Assembly: GCA_964432405.1 (NCBI GenBank)
Contig: CAYSNH010000001.1
Location: forward strand, 1-32,000
Direction of reading: 5' to 3'
Length of the DNA: 32,000 nt
Source of the DNA: an uncultured Candidatus Saccharibacteria bacterium
GTDB taxonomy: Bacteria; Patescibacteriota; Minisyncoccia; UBA6257; UBA11618
Numbering within the stretch: the stretch's first letter is position 1; every line of letters begins with the position of its first letter. The notes beneath the pieces were generated by a model. The model was not told the DNA's origin. It worked only from the letters and a program-made list of their open reading frames with translations, and did no database searches. Of the stretch, positions 6,276-14,973 are shown piece after piece. Both the position numbers and the translations under genes were made by a program.

Positions 6276-6983
6276 ATGAAACGTTTTAAATTATTTATCT
6301 ACAACCTATTTTTCTCTCGTCGCCGCTACTCCATGAGAGCAGCTCGTTGGCGTAATGCTTTTCACTTAATGCCTTTTGAGAAGCTACTTTATCGAACTAT
6401 GGCTTTTATACTGGGCAATAGTATAGAAGGTGACTATTTAGAGTTTGGTACCTATCAGGGTCGAAGCTTTGCTAGCGCTCATCATATTGCTCAATTTCAT
6501 AAATTAAAAAATATGAGATTTTATGCTTTTGATTCTTTTGAAGGGTTGCCTGAGATCGAGGGAGTTGATCAAGAGGGGTTTTGTAATTTTACAAAAGGAG
6601 ACTTCCTTTGTTCTCAGGAAAAGTTTAAAAAAATATTAAAAAGAAGAGGGGTTGATCTTAATAAAGTTCAACTTATACCAGGCTGGTTTGATAAAGTCTT
6701 AAATGATGAAACTAAAAAATCCCTACCTATTAAAAAAGCAGCTGTTATCTGGATAGATTGCGATCTTTATGAGTCCACTGTTCCTGTTCTCAATTTCATT
6801 ACGGACTACGTTCAAGATGGCACTATTATTATCTTTGATGATTGGTTTGCTTTTCGCGGCAATCCTAACAGAGGCGAACAGCTAGCTTTTAGAGAGTGGC
6901 TGACTAAAAATCCTCAAATAACCGCCTCTGAGTTTAGAAAGTTTGATTGGAGTGCTAATTCTTTTATTCTTCATCATGATTAA
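6276..6983 (+). CDS. TylF/MycF-type class I SAM-dependent O-methyltransferase
   Basis: GDYLEFGTYQGRSF (SAM-binding glycine motif) and IWIDCDLYESTVPVLNFITDYVQDGTIIIFDDW match the macrocin-O-methyltransferase family signature (D.DlYeST...L). Confidence 0.8.
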   Translation: MKRFKLFIYNLFFSRRRYSMRAARWRNAFHLMPFEKLLYRTMAFILGNSIEGDYLEFGTYQGRSFASAHHIAQFHKLKNMRFYAFDSFEGLPEIEGVDQEGFCNFTKGDFLCSQEKFKKILKRRGVDLNKVQLIPGWFDKVLNDETKKSLPIKKAAVIWIDCDLYESTVPVLNFITDYVQDGTIIIFDDWFAFRGNPNRGEQLAFREWLTKNPQITASEFRKFDWSANSFILHHD

Positions 6984-8604
6984 TATTTTCAAGAAAATAG
7001 ATCGAGGAGTAGATCTTTTATTTAACTGGTTAGAGAACAATACTCTCCTGGCCTTATTTCTCTTTGTGGCTATTAATATCGCTACTCGCCTCACCTATTT
7101 GGCTTTTATTAGCCATTACTCACCTGGTGCTCTGCTGATTAGAGTAGATGGCTATATATACATGCTTAAAAGCCTCGAAATGATACAAGGTAACTGGCTA
7201 CCAATGAGAACTCATGCCTCTGGCTGGCCCTTTCTACTCACCCCCTTCTTCTATCTAATTCAACATAAATCTATTTTTGAAATGATGATCCATGCTCATT
7301 TCTTTAGTACTTTTATTAGCTCCTTAATTATTATTCCTCTTTACTTAGTCAGTAAAGAAATATTTCAAAACAAAAAGGCTGTATTTACCACCCTAATTAT
7401 CTTTACCTGCTTTTTTTGGGCTATCTATGGCTCACTCGGTCTATTTACCGAACCCATCTTCAGTCTTCTTTTATTATTCATTATCTATTTTCTAATTAGA
7501 TATAAGCATCATCCTCGCCATCTAATAACCGCCTCGGTTTTAGCCGGCGTCTCTTATTGGATCAGACCCAATGGTATTTTTGTTTTATTAATCATCCTCC
7601 TAACTCTATGGCTCTTAAGAAAAAAAGTGCCTCACTTTAGATATCATCACCTTTATCAAGCTATATCTATTTTCTTCATTACCGCCCTCCCCTTTCTTTA
7701 TCAACGCTATCTTAACTTTGACTCCCCTTTCTACTATGGCGAAAACAGCAAATATTTTGTTAATGAATACAACCAACTTTGGGGAGCGGCCTATCCTAAC
7801 ATCTCTTTCTTTGAATATTTAAGCTCCCACAGTTTTATTGAGATATTTAATAGATTTATCGTATTTGGCTTTGGTAGCTTAACCTTCAGTGCTCTCGCCC
7901 TCACCTTACCCTTCTCCATCTTCTTCGTTTGGAGTGTTATGAGATTCTTAAAGGATCCTCGCTTTACCAGCTTGCTGGTAACATTAGGTGTTTGGATTAT
8001 TAGCTTCACCCCCATCTATGCCGTTTATTTCACTCCTCGCCATCTCTTTCCCATCCTTCCTATAGCCGCTATTTTGATCACAGCGGGGGTTTTAAGCTTG
8101 GTTAAGTATCTACGCCATCAAAACCTTGTTTTGTTAGCTATCGCCACTACCGGTCTTTGTTTCATTAGCGTCTCCTACTTCTACCCCCAATACTATTTTC
8201 TTGAGAAAACTCCTCGGGAAGCACTAACTATGAGCCGTTGGATTGCTGAAAATGTTCGTGGAAAGATTGCTATGGCAGCTAGCAACGATATTGTGATGAT
8301 GAACCTTCCTGACACCACTATTGCCCAATTAGGCCTTTTTGATCTTAAAGCTCCTCGAACCAACCTTCAGGTTGTCTATCCTGGGAAAATTAATGACATT
8401 GATATACTAACTCAATGGCTTAAAGACAATAAAGTTGACTATTTAGTGGTGGATAGGGACCATATGCCAAGAATTACACCTCAGTTAAAGATATACACAG
8501 GCAAGGTCCTTCCATCTTATTATGAAAAGATTTATCATGATTATAGTGTCAAATCTTCTTGGGAAACAGAGATTTATAAAATTAATTGGAATAAATTTAA
8601 ATAA
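6943..8604 (+). CDS. Polytopic GT-C type membrane glycosyltransferase (ArnT/PMT, GT39/83-like)
   Basis: About 12 or more TM helices. There is an acidic first-loop motif (RVDGYIYMLKSLE) and a C-terminal soluble domain of about 130 aa. An alternative, likelier start is ATG 6976 (MINIFKK), giving an 8-nt overlap with the upstream gene instead of 41 nt. Confidence 0.6.
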   Translation: MIGVLILLFFIMINIFKKIDRGVDLLFNWLENNTLLALFLFVAINIATRLTYLAFISHYSPGALLIRVDGYIYMLKSLEMIQGNWLPMRTHASGWPFLLTPFFYLIQHKSIFEMMIHAHFFSTFISSLIIIPLYLVSKEIFQNKKAVFTTLIIFTCFFWAIYGSLGLFTEPIFSLLLLFIIYFLIRYKHHPRHLITASVLAGVSYWIRPNGIFVLLIILLTLWLLRKKVPHFRYHHLYQAISIFFITALPFLYQRYLNFDSPFYYGENSKYFVNEYNQLWGAAYPNISFFEYLSSHSFIEIFNRFIVFGFGSLTFSALALTLPFSIFFVWSVMRFLKDPRFTSLLVTLGVWIISFTPIYAVYFTPRHLFPILPIAAILITAGVLSLVKYLRHQNLVLLAIATTGLCFISVSYFYPQYYFLEKTPREALTMSRWIAENVRGKIAMAASNDIVMMNLPDTTIAQLGLFDLKAPRTNLQVVYPGKINDIDILTQWLKDNKVDYLVVDRDHMPRITPQLKIYTGKVLPSYYEKIYHDYSVKSSWETEIYKINWNKFK

Positions 8605-8609
8605 AAAGT

Positions 8610-9224
8610 ATGACTAAAAAATCTTCTGGTAGTTTTAAGGTAACTGTTAGTTTATTAATATTTTTTCTCTTTGTTTCGGTACTTACCACCTCCTCTCTTA
8701 TGAGGTCTTGTTTTGCTGATAATACTAGCAGAGGCTTTTTATATAAAAGAATTAGTAATTTTATTTGCGGCTCCGATGTTAATATTCATCGCAGTTATTA
8801 TCGTAGACTAGGCAATGATGAGCTATCTATTGAGAGTAATGTTAATGAATCAGAAGAATTTAGTGTTACCGCAGGAACAACAGCTGATAAACTAATAGAT
8901 GGATCTAAGGAAACTAGAGCTGCGCCAGCTAATCATGACTTTGATTACACTATTGGCTTAACTGATATTTATAACATTAATAAAGTTAATTTAAGTTGGG
9001 GAGATGATGGCCGAACACCTGAATATATAGACTCCTGGAAATTAGAGTCCTCTATTGATGGAGAAAACTGGGAAGTTGTTGATTTTGGTGGCTTTCCTAA
9101 AGAGGTGGAGACATCTGTTAATGAGAACTTTGTTGCTTCAATGTTAAGATTATCAGGTCACTCTGAAAAACAATGGATTGGAGCAAATGAGGTTGAAATT
9201 ATTGGTAAGCCTATTCAGAAATAA
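8610..9224 (+). CDS. Secreted protein with F5/8 type C (discoidin, galactose-binding-like) domain
   Basis: Signal peptide VTVSLLIFFLFVSVLTTSSLMRSCFA. The domain blocks AADKLIDGSKETRAAP...INKVNLSWGDD...SWKLESSIDGENWEVV...LRLSG...WIGANEVEIIG are typical of discoidin/CBM32-like modules. Confidence 0.7.
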   Translation: MTKKSSGSFKVTVSLLIFFLFVSVLTTSSLMRSCFADNTSRGFLYKRISNFICGSDVNIHRSYYRRLGNDELSIESNVNESEEFSVTAGTTADKLIDGSKETRAAPANHDFDYTIGLTDIYNINKVNLSWGDDGRTPEYIDSWKLESSIDGENWEVVDFGGFPKEVETSVNENFVASMLRLSGHSEKQWIGANEVEIIGKPIQK

Positions 9225-9235
9225 AAATAATCTAA

Positions 9236-11131
9236 ATGAATAATTTTTTCGAGGCGACTTTTATGTCGTCTTTCCTTTTTACTTTTTTAATACCAGGCCT
9301 TCTTCTTAGTCTCATCTTGATACCTAAAAAAGAGCTGCCTCTAACTCTCCTTCTAACCTATACAACCGTACTAGGTTTTTTTTCACAACTCAGCATCGGC
9401 ATCATAAGCAGCTTCTCTGGCCAACTAATCAATAACTCATCATTAAATATAACTTTAATATCTTTACTATTTATCGCTTGCTTATTAGCAATCTTATTTA
9501 AATCTCAAAAACACAAACCAAGAAATCTAAAAAAGATTATACGAATCTCTTCTTATGATATAGCGGTCATCATATTAATGGTTGTTGTTATGGCTTTGTT
9601 TTTATCCAACATAAAAGCAATGGACAGGCCGTATTTTAACTCTGCCACTGATCAATATCTATGGCTTAGTCAAGCCGAGTCACTTCTTGTGAATCCTCTA
9701 CCTGCATTTATTAAAACCGCTCATCCTTTTTCTGTTTATAAACACTCATTCTCATACATACTAGCTACACTTGTTCCTTTTGTAGAAAAGACTGTAGATA
9801 ATTATCAAAATTTAATTATTTTTCTATCTTGTTTATTTTATGGTCTATTTGTTTTAATAGGAGCTCAATTAGGTAGATCTATTTTTAAATCATCAGCCCT
9901 AGGACTATTAACCCCTCTGTTAATGCTGTCATTCCACTTTAATAATTATTATTTAGCCTCAACAGCTGTCGTGCCCCAAAATATAGGCCTATTATTGTTC
10001 ATATTTGGCTTTATATTATTAAATCATCTCCAAGATTGGAAAAATGAACCGAAGAAAGGAGTTATTTTATCCGTTATATTTCTTTCTATTTTTTACCTTA
10101 TTCACTCCCCCTCTCTAATTATTTTTCTTTTATCACTAGGATTAGCAAATATATTAATCTTTATTTTATCATTCATATCTCAAAGATTTGGGAAAAAGCC
10201 TATCAAGCAAAGACTAACCGTTCTTTCATTATTTGCTATACCTCTTGTTGTTATAGCTGCTATTCGCTATCTACTATATTACACAAAGATTTTAGGTTTT
10301 ACCGATCCCACAACCATCAACAGATACCAGGACTACATCAAGCCCTTGTCTATTTTTAGCCATTCTTATATGACTTGGCATGAGACTGCTATTATATGGC
10401 TTGCTATCATCGGTTTTATCATTATCGCTATCAAAACCATTCTCAACAAAAAAGAGGACTCTCGTATAATTTTATTATGTAGCTTCATCTTATTATTATG
10501 GATCTTTAACACCTTACAGCTAACCTATTTTGCTATTTATGCTAGCTGGCAAGCCTTTCGCTTCAAATTATTTATCTACCCAGCTTTTGCCATCGGAGCC
10601 CTAACCACTATACACTTCTTAATTCTTTTATTTAGAAAAAACTCTTTCACTATTTCTAAATTATTAACCATCTTATTTGTTATATTAATAACGCCTCAGC
10701 TGTTAATTAAAATTAGCGACCACCAAAAATTGGTTGTTTTAGATATGATTAGAGGAAGAGATAGTTATATTGATCGCATGGAAAAATATCAAGACCAATT
10801 CCAAGAACTCATGGCTGCTAAAAAATATATTGATGAAGATAATGAAAGAGTTGTTTTATTTATAGGCAAAGAAATTAGTCACACTTATGGCCGCTGGATA
10901 TTTTCACCTCAAAAATTCTATGTCACCTATCAATGCCCATCCTATAGCGAATGCTTAGCAAGTGATAGTATTAATAATGAAAAATCTCATCTATCAGGTA
11001 TTGATGCTGATCTAATAATATTAGAAAAGCATCCTAAGCTGATTAAAAATCTATCCGAAGATATCAAAAAGGAATTTAAAATTCAAAAAGAATCTTCTCA
11101 ATTTTTATTTTATTTTAATCAAGAAATATGA
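9236..11131 (+). CDS. Large polytopic membrane protein (631 aa); candidate glycan polymerase or GT-C-like enzyme
   Basis: About 14 hydrophobic helices followed by a soluble C-terminal domain of about 130 aa. I recognised no diagnostic motif. It lies between a lectin-like protein and a Wzx-like flippase. An alternative start is M10 (9263). Confidence 0.5.
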   Translation: MNNFFEATFMSSFLFTFLIPGLLLSLILIPKKELPLTLLLTYTTVLGFFSQLSIGIISSFSGQLINNSSLNITLISLLFIACLLAILFKSQKHKPRNLKKIIRISSYDIAVIILMVVVMALFLSNIKAMDRPYFNSATDQYLWLSQAESLLVNPLPAFIKTAHPFSVYKHSFSYILATLVPFVEKTVDNYQNLIIFLSCLFYGLFVLIGAQLGRSIFKSSALGLLTPLLMLSFHFNNYYLASTAVVPQNIGLLLFIFGFILLNHLQDWKNEPKKGVILSVIFLSIFYLIHSPSLIIFLLSLGLANILIFILSFISQRFGKKPIKQRLTVLSLFAIPLVVIAAIRYLLYYTKILGFTDPTTINRYQDYIKPLSIFSHSYMTWHETAIIWLAIIGFIIIAIKTILNKKEDSRIILLCSFILLLWIFNTLQLTYFAIYASWQAFRFKLFIYPAFAIGALTTIHFLILLFRKNSFTISKLLTILFVILITPQLLIKISDHQKLVVLDMIRGRDSYIDRMEKYQDQFQELMAAKKYIDEDNERVVLFIGKEISHTYGRWIFSPQKFYVTYQCPSYSECLASDSINNEKSHLSGIDADLIILEKHPKLIKNLSEDIKKEFKIQKESSQFLFYFNQEI

Positions 11132-11622
11132 AGAAATTAATTAATAAAGTTGTGGAGGTAAATGATCATAACTTTAATTTATTTGCTTATTTAATTTTAG
11201 CTTTGATAATTATTGATGTTCTAACAAATAATTTTTTAAGCTCTGTTGGCATTAACAAAACAGCCTTACTTACCTTCCTAGGCATTAGCGCTATTATTAA
11301 AATCTACTTTAAGACTAAAAATAAGGTAATTATTGACGGTGATGTTATTCAAAACATTTCTCTTCGTAAAACAACCCTAGCCTTACTTAGCATCGCTAAA
11401 AAAATAATAGGCAGCAAGAAAAGAAGTGTTGTAATAGCTATTGTTGTAATTGGAGCAATCTTTCTATACCAAAAACCAACACAAAAAATTATTAATATCT
11501 TCTCTCAATCTGGTATTGCTAATTACGTAATTTATGGTATTTTAATAACTCTGTATATATTAATAGTTTATATTAATTTTTATGAAAAAGACTCTCAGGA
11601 AAATAATCCATCGATTAAATAA
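11128..11622 (+). CDS. Membrane protein (164 aa), unknown function
   Basis: Four hydrophobic segments. ATGA overlap with the upstream gene. No recognisable motif. Confidence 0.45.
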   Translation: MKKLINKVVEVNDHNFNLFAYLILALIIIDVLTNNFLSSVGINKTALLTFLGISAIIKIYFKTKNKVIIDGDVIQNISLRKTTLALLSIAKKIIGSKKRSVVIAIVVIGAIFLYQKPTQKIINIFSQSGIANYVIYGILITLYILIVYINFYEKDSQENNPSIK

Positions 11623-12859
11623 ATTTAGCAGAAAAACCGCCAAATTAGATTTAAAATATTTAGCCAAGAGTGGTAGTTGGCGTATTAGTGAAAATCTTGG
11701 TGGTATTTTAACTTCCTTTTTAATCTCAATTGCCTTTGCTAACCTACTACCCATAAAAGATTTTGGTATTTATAACTACCTACTTTCCATTGCTAATATT
11801 TTTACCTTTCTAACCCTGAGCGGCATGGGGGTAGCCGTCATTCAATCGGTGTCTAAAGGTTATGACAAGTCCTTGTTGACAGCTATAAAAATAAGATTGC
11901 GCTGGAATTTTGTTTACACATTAGGGCTCTTATCTTTTGCTGGCTATTACTTCTTTAAAGGTAATTTTCTTTTTGCTGCATCATTGTCTGTATTAGGAAT
12001 TATAACTCCTCTAACTAGTACCTATAATCTATACAATTCTTTCTTGATGGGTAAAAAGGAATTTAAGCAATCAGCCATATACTCACTTATTAAAAATATT
12101 TTACGACTAGCTGTCACCATTGGGGTGCTATTTATAACAAATAGCGTATTAGCCCTTATAATAGCTTTTGCCTTGGTCTCCTTTATCCCTAATATTTATT
12201 TCTATTTTAAAGTTAAGAATAAATTTAAAATATCCGATAATAAAATACCTGAAAAAGAAGGTGGTTTCTTAATTAATTTTGGCCTACACCGAAGCTTTTT
12301 AGACGCCCTATCCACCTCTGTTGGTTATATAGATAGCATTATCTTATTCCAATTTACCGGGCCAGTTCAATTAGCGTTTTATACTTTTGCTAAAAATATC
12401 CCTCAGATAGGAAATGGATTAATTAAAAACACTCTAAGCATTTACTTCCCTAAAATTGCTAATAAAAGATTAGAAGATATTAGAAAGATTTTTTTTCTTA
12501 GAATAATCCAAGGAATGGTTATTGGATCTCTTGTTGCTATAGCATTGATCATAATAACGCCTCACGTATTTGGAATTATCTACCCTCAATATATAGGCTC
12601 CATCTTCTACGCTCAATTATTATCATTAACAGCTATTTTTGTTATTCCTCGTGCTTATGCAGGCTATATCCTAAATGGTCATCGAATGATTAAGTCTATC
12701 TATTATTCTAGTGTCACAACCAATATCACTCGCCTCATCTTATTTGCCACCCTAGGTTATTTCTTTGGCATCATGGGAATCATAGCGGCTGTAATAATTG
12801 GTGACTTATTTGGCACCATCATACCTATCATAGTACTTCAAAGAGATATGCCTAGATAA
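11582..12859 (+). CDS. Wzx-like oligosaccharide flippase (MOP/polysaccharide biosynthesis protein family)
   Basis: 425 aa with about 12 TM helices. The N-terminus LKYLAKSGSWRISENLGGILTSFLISIAFANLLPIKDFGIYNYLLSI is typical of PST-family flippases. Confidence 0.7.
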   Translation: MKKTLRKIIHRLNKFSRKTAKLDLKYLAKSGSWRISENLGGILTSFLISIAFANLLPIKDFGIYNYLLSIANIFTFLTLSGMGVAVIQSVSKGYDKSLLTAIKIRLRWNFVYTLGLLSFAGYYFFKGNFLFAASLSVLGIITPLTSTYNLYNSFLMGKKEFKQSAIYSLIKNILRLAVTIGVLFITNSVLALIIAFALVSFIPNIYFYFKVKNKFKISDNKIPEKEGGFLINFGLHRSFLDALSTSVGYIDSIILFQFTGPVQLAFYTFAKNIPQIGNGLIKNTLSIYFPKIANKRLEDIRKIFFLRIIQGMVIGSLVAIALIIITPHVFGIIYPQYIGSIFYAQLLSLTAIFVIPRAYAGYILNGHRMIKSIYYSSVTTNITRLILFATLGYFFGIMGIIAAVIIGDLFGTIIPIIVLQRDMPR

Positions 12860-12869
12860 AAAATCTAGG
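12851..12869. terminator. Short hairpin at a convergent gene junction (possible bidirectional terminator)
   Basis: CCTAGAT (12851-12857), AAAAA, ATCTAGG (12863-12869). The TAA of the flippase and the TAG (minus strand, 12865-12867) of the dehydrogenase fusion both lie inside the hairpin. The stem is only 7 bp with low GC and no clear U-tract. Confidence 0.3.
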
Positions 12870-14973
12870 TCATATTACGCAAATGCGCCTTATCAATCAC
12901 AAAGTCAATTCTTTCTCCTTCAAGATAACGACAAACCTTATCAACTAAAGTCACTGCCGCAGCCTCATACATTTGATTGTTAGATCCTGAAATATGCGAA
13001 GTAAGAAAAACATTAGGAAGCTTTCTTAACTCACTTGTTTTAGATAAAGGCTCTCCATCAAAAACATCTAAACAAGCGAATATATCTTCTTTTTTCAATC
13101 TAGAAATTAAAGCGTCTGTATCAACAATCTCTCCTCTTGAGGTATTAATAAAAATGGCGCCCGGTTTCAAAGAGTTGATTTGATCTTTACCAAAACTTTT
13201 TCTAGTTCTATCGGAAAGACCTCTATGCAAAGAAACTATATCAGCTTGCAATACCTCGGCTAGACTAGCTTTTTTGACCTCCATTCTTCGAGCTTCTTCA
13301 TCTGACAAATGTTCAGAATAAATACTAACCTTACAACCAAACGGCTTAAGATATTCAATAAATTTCCTAGAAATAGAACCATAACCAATCAAACCAATGG
13401 TTGAGCCATGGAAATTATTTTTTATCTGCTTACCACCATCTCCTGACTTTTTAACTTTTGGCTCAATGACCCTCCACAAAGGAATTAATAATGGTTTTAT
13501 TTTTTGAACAAGGGGATTTTTAGCTGCTTTCATGGCAAAAGAATAAAAACCTCCTTGTGTTTTAAATCCCCAACCTCCTTTACGCATAATATCGTGAGAT
13601 AATGAAGCTCGCCTTATTCCAACAATAGCCTGCATTAAACAAAATTCCGCCACAGTATCAGCATAAACATCGGAAACGTTTATTAGAGGAATATTTCTTT
13701 TTACTACCACATCAGGATTATATTTCTTTACCGAAGCCCCCACTACTCCCACTACCTTAATATTAGGCAAATTAACTAACCACTCCTCTTTTATCGGCTC
13801 ACCTCCTCTTCCGGTTATAATTGCCACCACCTTTTCTCTCTCTTCTTGATTAAGAGAGGAGATATCTTCGGAAGAAATAATATTATATAGATCAATAAGT
13901 TTTGGTAATTGAGAAGCTATAATTCCTGGATTAGTGACAACAATAGACTCCTCTTTATCAATCTCTTCTTTTACTGTCTTTTTAATAGAATCTAGGTCGA
14001 TGTTACATTTATTCCAATCAATTTCACCTGAAAAACCAGCTTCTGCTAAGTTAGTTAAATAAAAACTAGCAATTAACTTATCTAAAGAGTGTCGTATAGC
14101 AACGCCCTCATTAATAGCCAAGAAAAAATCTTTATGCTCATCATAAAAACCTCTTGCCTCTGGAGAATTACCAAACTGTTCGGTTGTAGATTGATTGTTT
14201 TTAAATATTGTTAAATCGCCATCCAAACATTCAAAACTCATCCCATAACTATGCAAAACATATTTTTCAACTCGTGATCCAGCACTATTATTAGAAGATA
14301 GCGTAGCATGACTACCATTCTCCCATTCTAAAATAATAGAAAAATTTTGATCTTTATCTCCCGCAACTCTATTCTTCTTTGAATAAATTGATTTTGGTCT
14401 ATCGCCCACTAAATAACAAAGGACATCAACCGCGTGAATACAGTTAGCTCCAAACCATGTTTTAGCCCCGTAAGGAACAGGCTCATCAACAACCGCCTTA
14501 TTAAACAAGGCCTCTAAGCTATACGCCTTAAAGTTATCACCCAAATAATCTACCACTCTACTAATATTCTTCTGGAATCTCCTATTAAAACCTCCTACAG
14601 CTATTAAATTAGATTTATTAGCAATACTTATTAACTCAGCTAATTGATCAACTGTTTGTGTCAAAGGTTTTTCAATAAAGACATGCTTGCCAGAAAGCAA
14701 AGCTTCCTTACCATACTCATAATGCATCTTAGTTGTACCTAATACATACACCGCATCAACATCGTCATTAAAAACTTCCTTGGCATTAGTAACTGCTTTT
14801 TCAAAGTTAAATTTATCAGCTGCTCTCTTAGCTGCCTCATTATTTATATCGCAAATAATTTTTAAATTACAAAAGCCCTCATCAGCCAACCTATTAAGAA
14901 TAGGCAAATGAATTTTTGAACTCATCTCTCCTGCTCCAATAACAGCGACATTTATTTTTCTTTGTAATTTCAT
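12865..14973 (-). CDS. Fusion protein: N-terminal Gfo/Idh/MocA oxidoreductase + C-terminal D-isomer-specific 2-hydroxyacid dehydrogenase
   Basis: N-terminal half: INVAVIGAGEMSSKIHLPIL and GKHVFIEKPL (Gfo/Idh/MocA). C-terminal half: GSTIGLIGYGSISRKFIEYLKPFGCKV, FINTSRGEIVDTDALISRLKKEDIFACLDVFDGEPL and LTSHISG (2-Hacid_dh NAD-binding and catalytic blocks). Confidence 0.8.
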   Translation of the reverse strand: MKLQRKINVAVIGAGEMSSKIHLPILNRLADEGFCNLKIICDINNEAAKRAADKFNFEKAVTNAKEVFNDDVDAVYVLGTTKMHYEYGKEALLSGKHVFIEKPLTQTVDQLAELISIANKSNLIAVGGFNRRFQKNISRVVDYLGDNFKAYSLEALFNKAVVDEPVPYGAKTWFGANCIHAVDVLCYLVGDRPKSIYSKKNRVAGDKDQNFSIILEWENGSHATLSSNNSAGSRVEKYVLHSYGMSFECLDGDLTIFKNNQSTTEQFGNSPEARGFYDEHKDFFLAINEGVAIRHSLDKLIASFYLTNLAEAGFSGEIDWNKCNIDLDSIKKTVKEEIDKEESIVVTNPGIIASQLPKLIDLYNIISSEDISSLNQEEREKVVAIITGRGGEPIKEEWLVNLPNIKVVGVVGASVKKYNPDVVVKRNIPLINVSDVYADTVAEFCLMQAIVGIRRASLSHDIMRKGGWGFKTQGGFYSFAMKAAKNPLVQKIKPLLIPLWRVIEPKVKKSGDGGKQIKNNFHGSTIGLIGYGSISRKFIEYLKPFGCKVSIYSEHLSDEEARRMEVKKASLAEVLQADIVSLHRGLSDRTRKSFGKDQINSLKPGAIFINTSRGEIVDTDALISRLKKEDIFACLDVFDGEPLSKTSELRKLPNVFLTSHISGSNNQMYEAAAVTLVDKVCRYLEGERIDFVIDKAHLRNMT

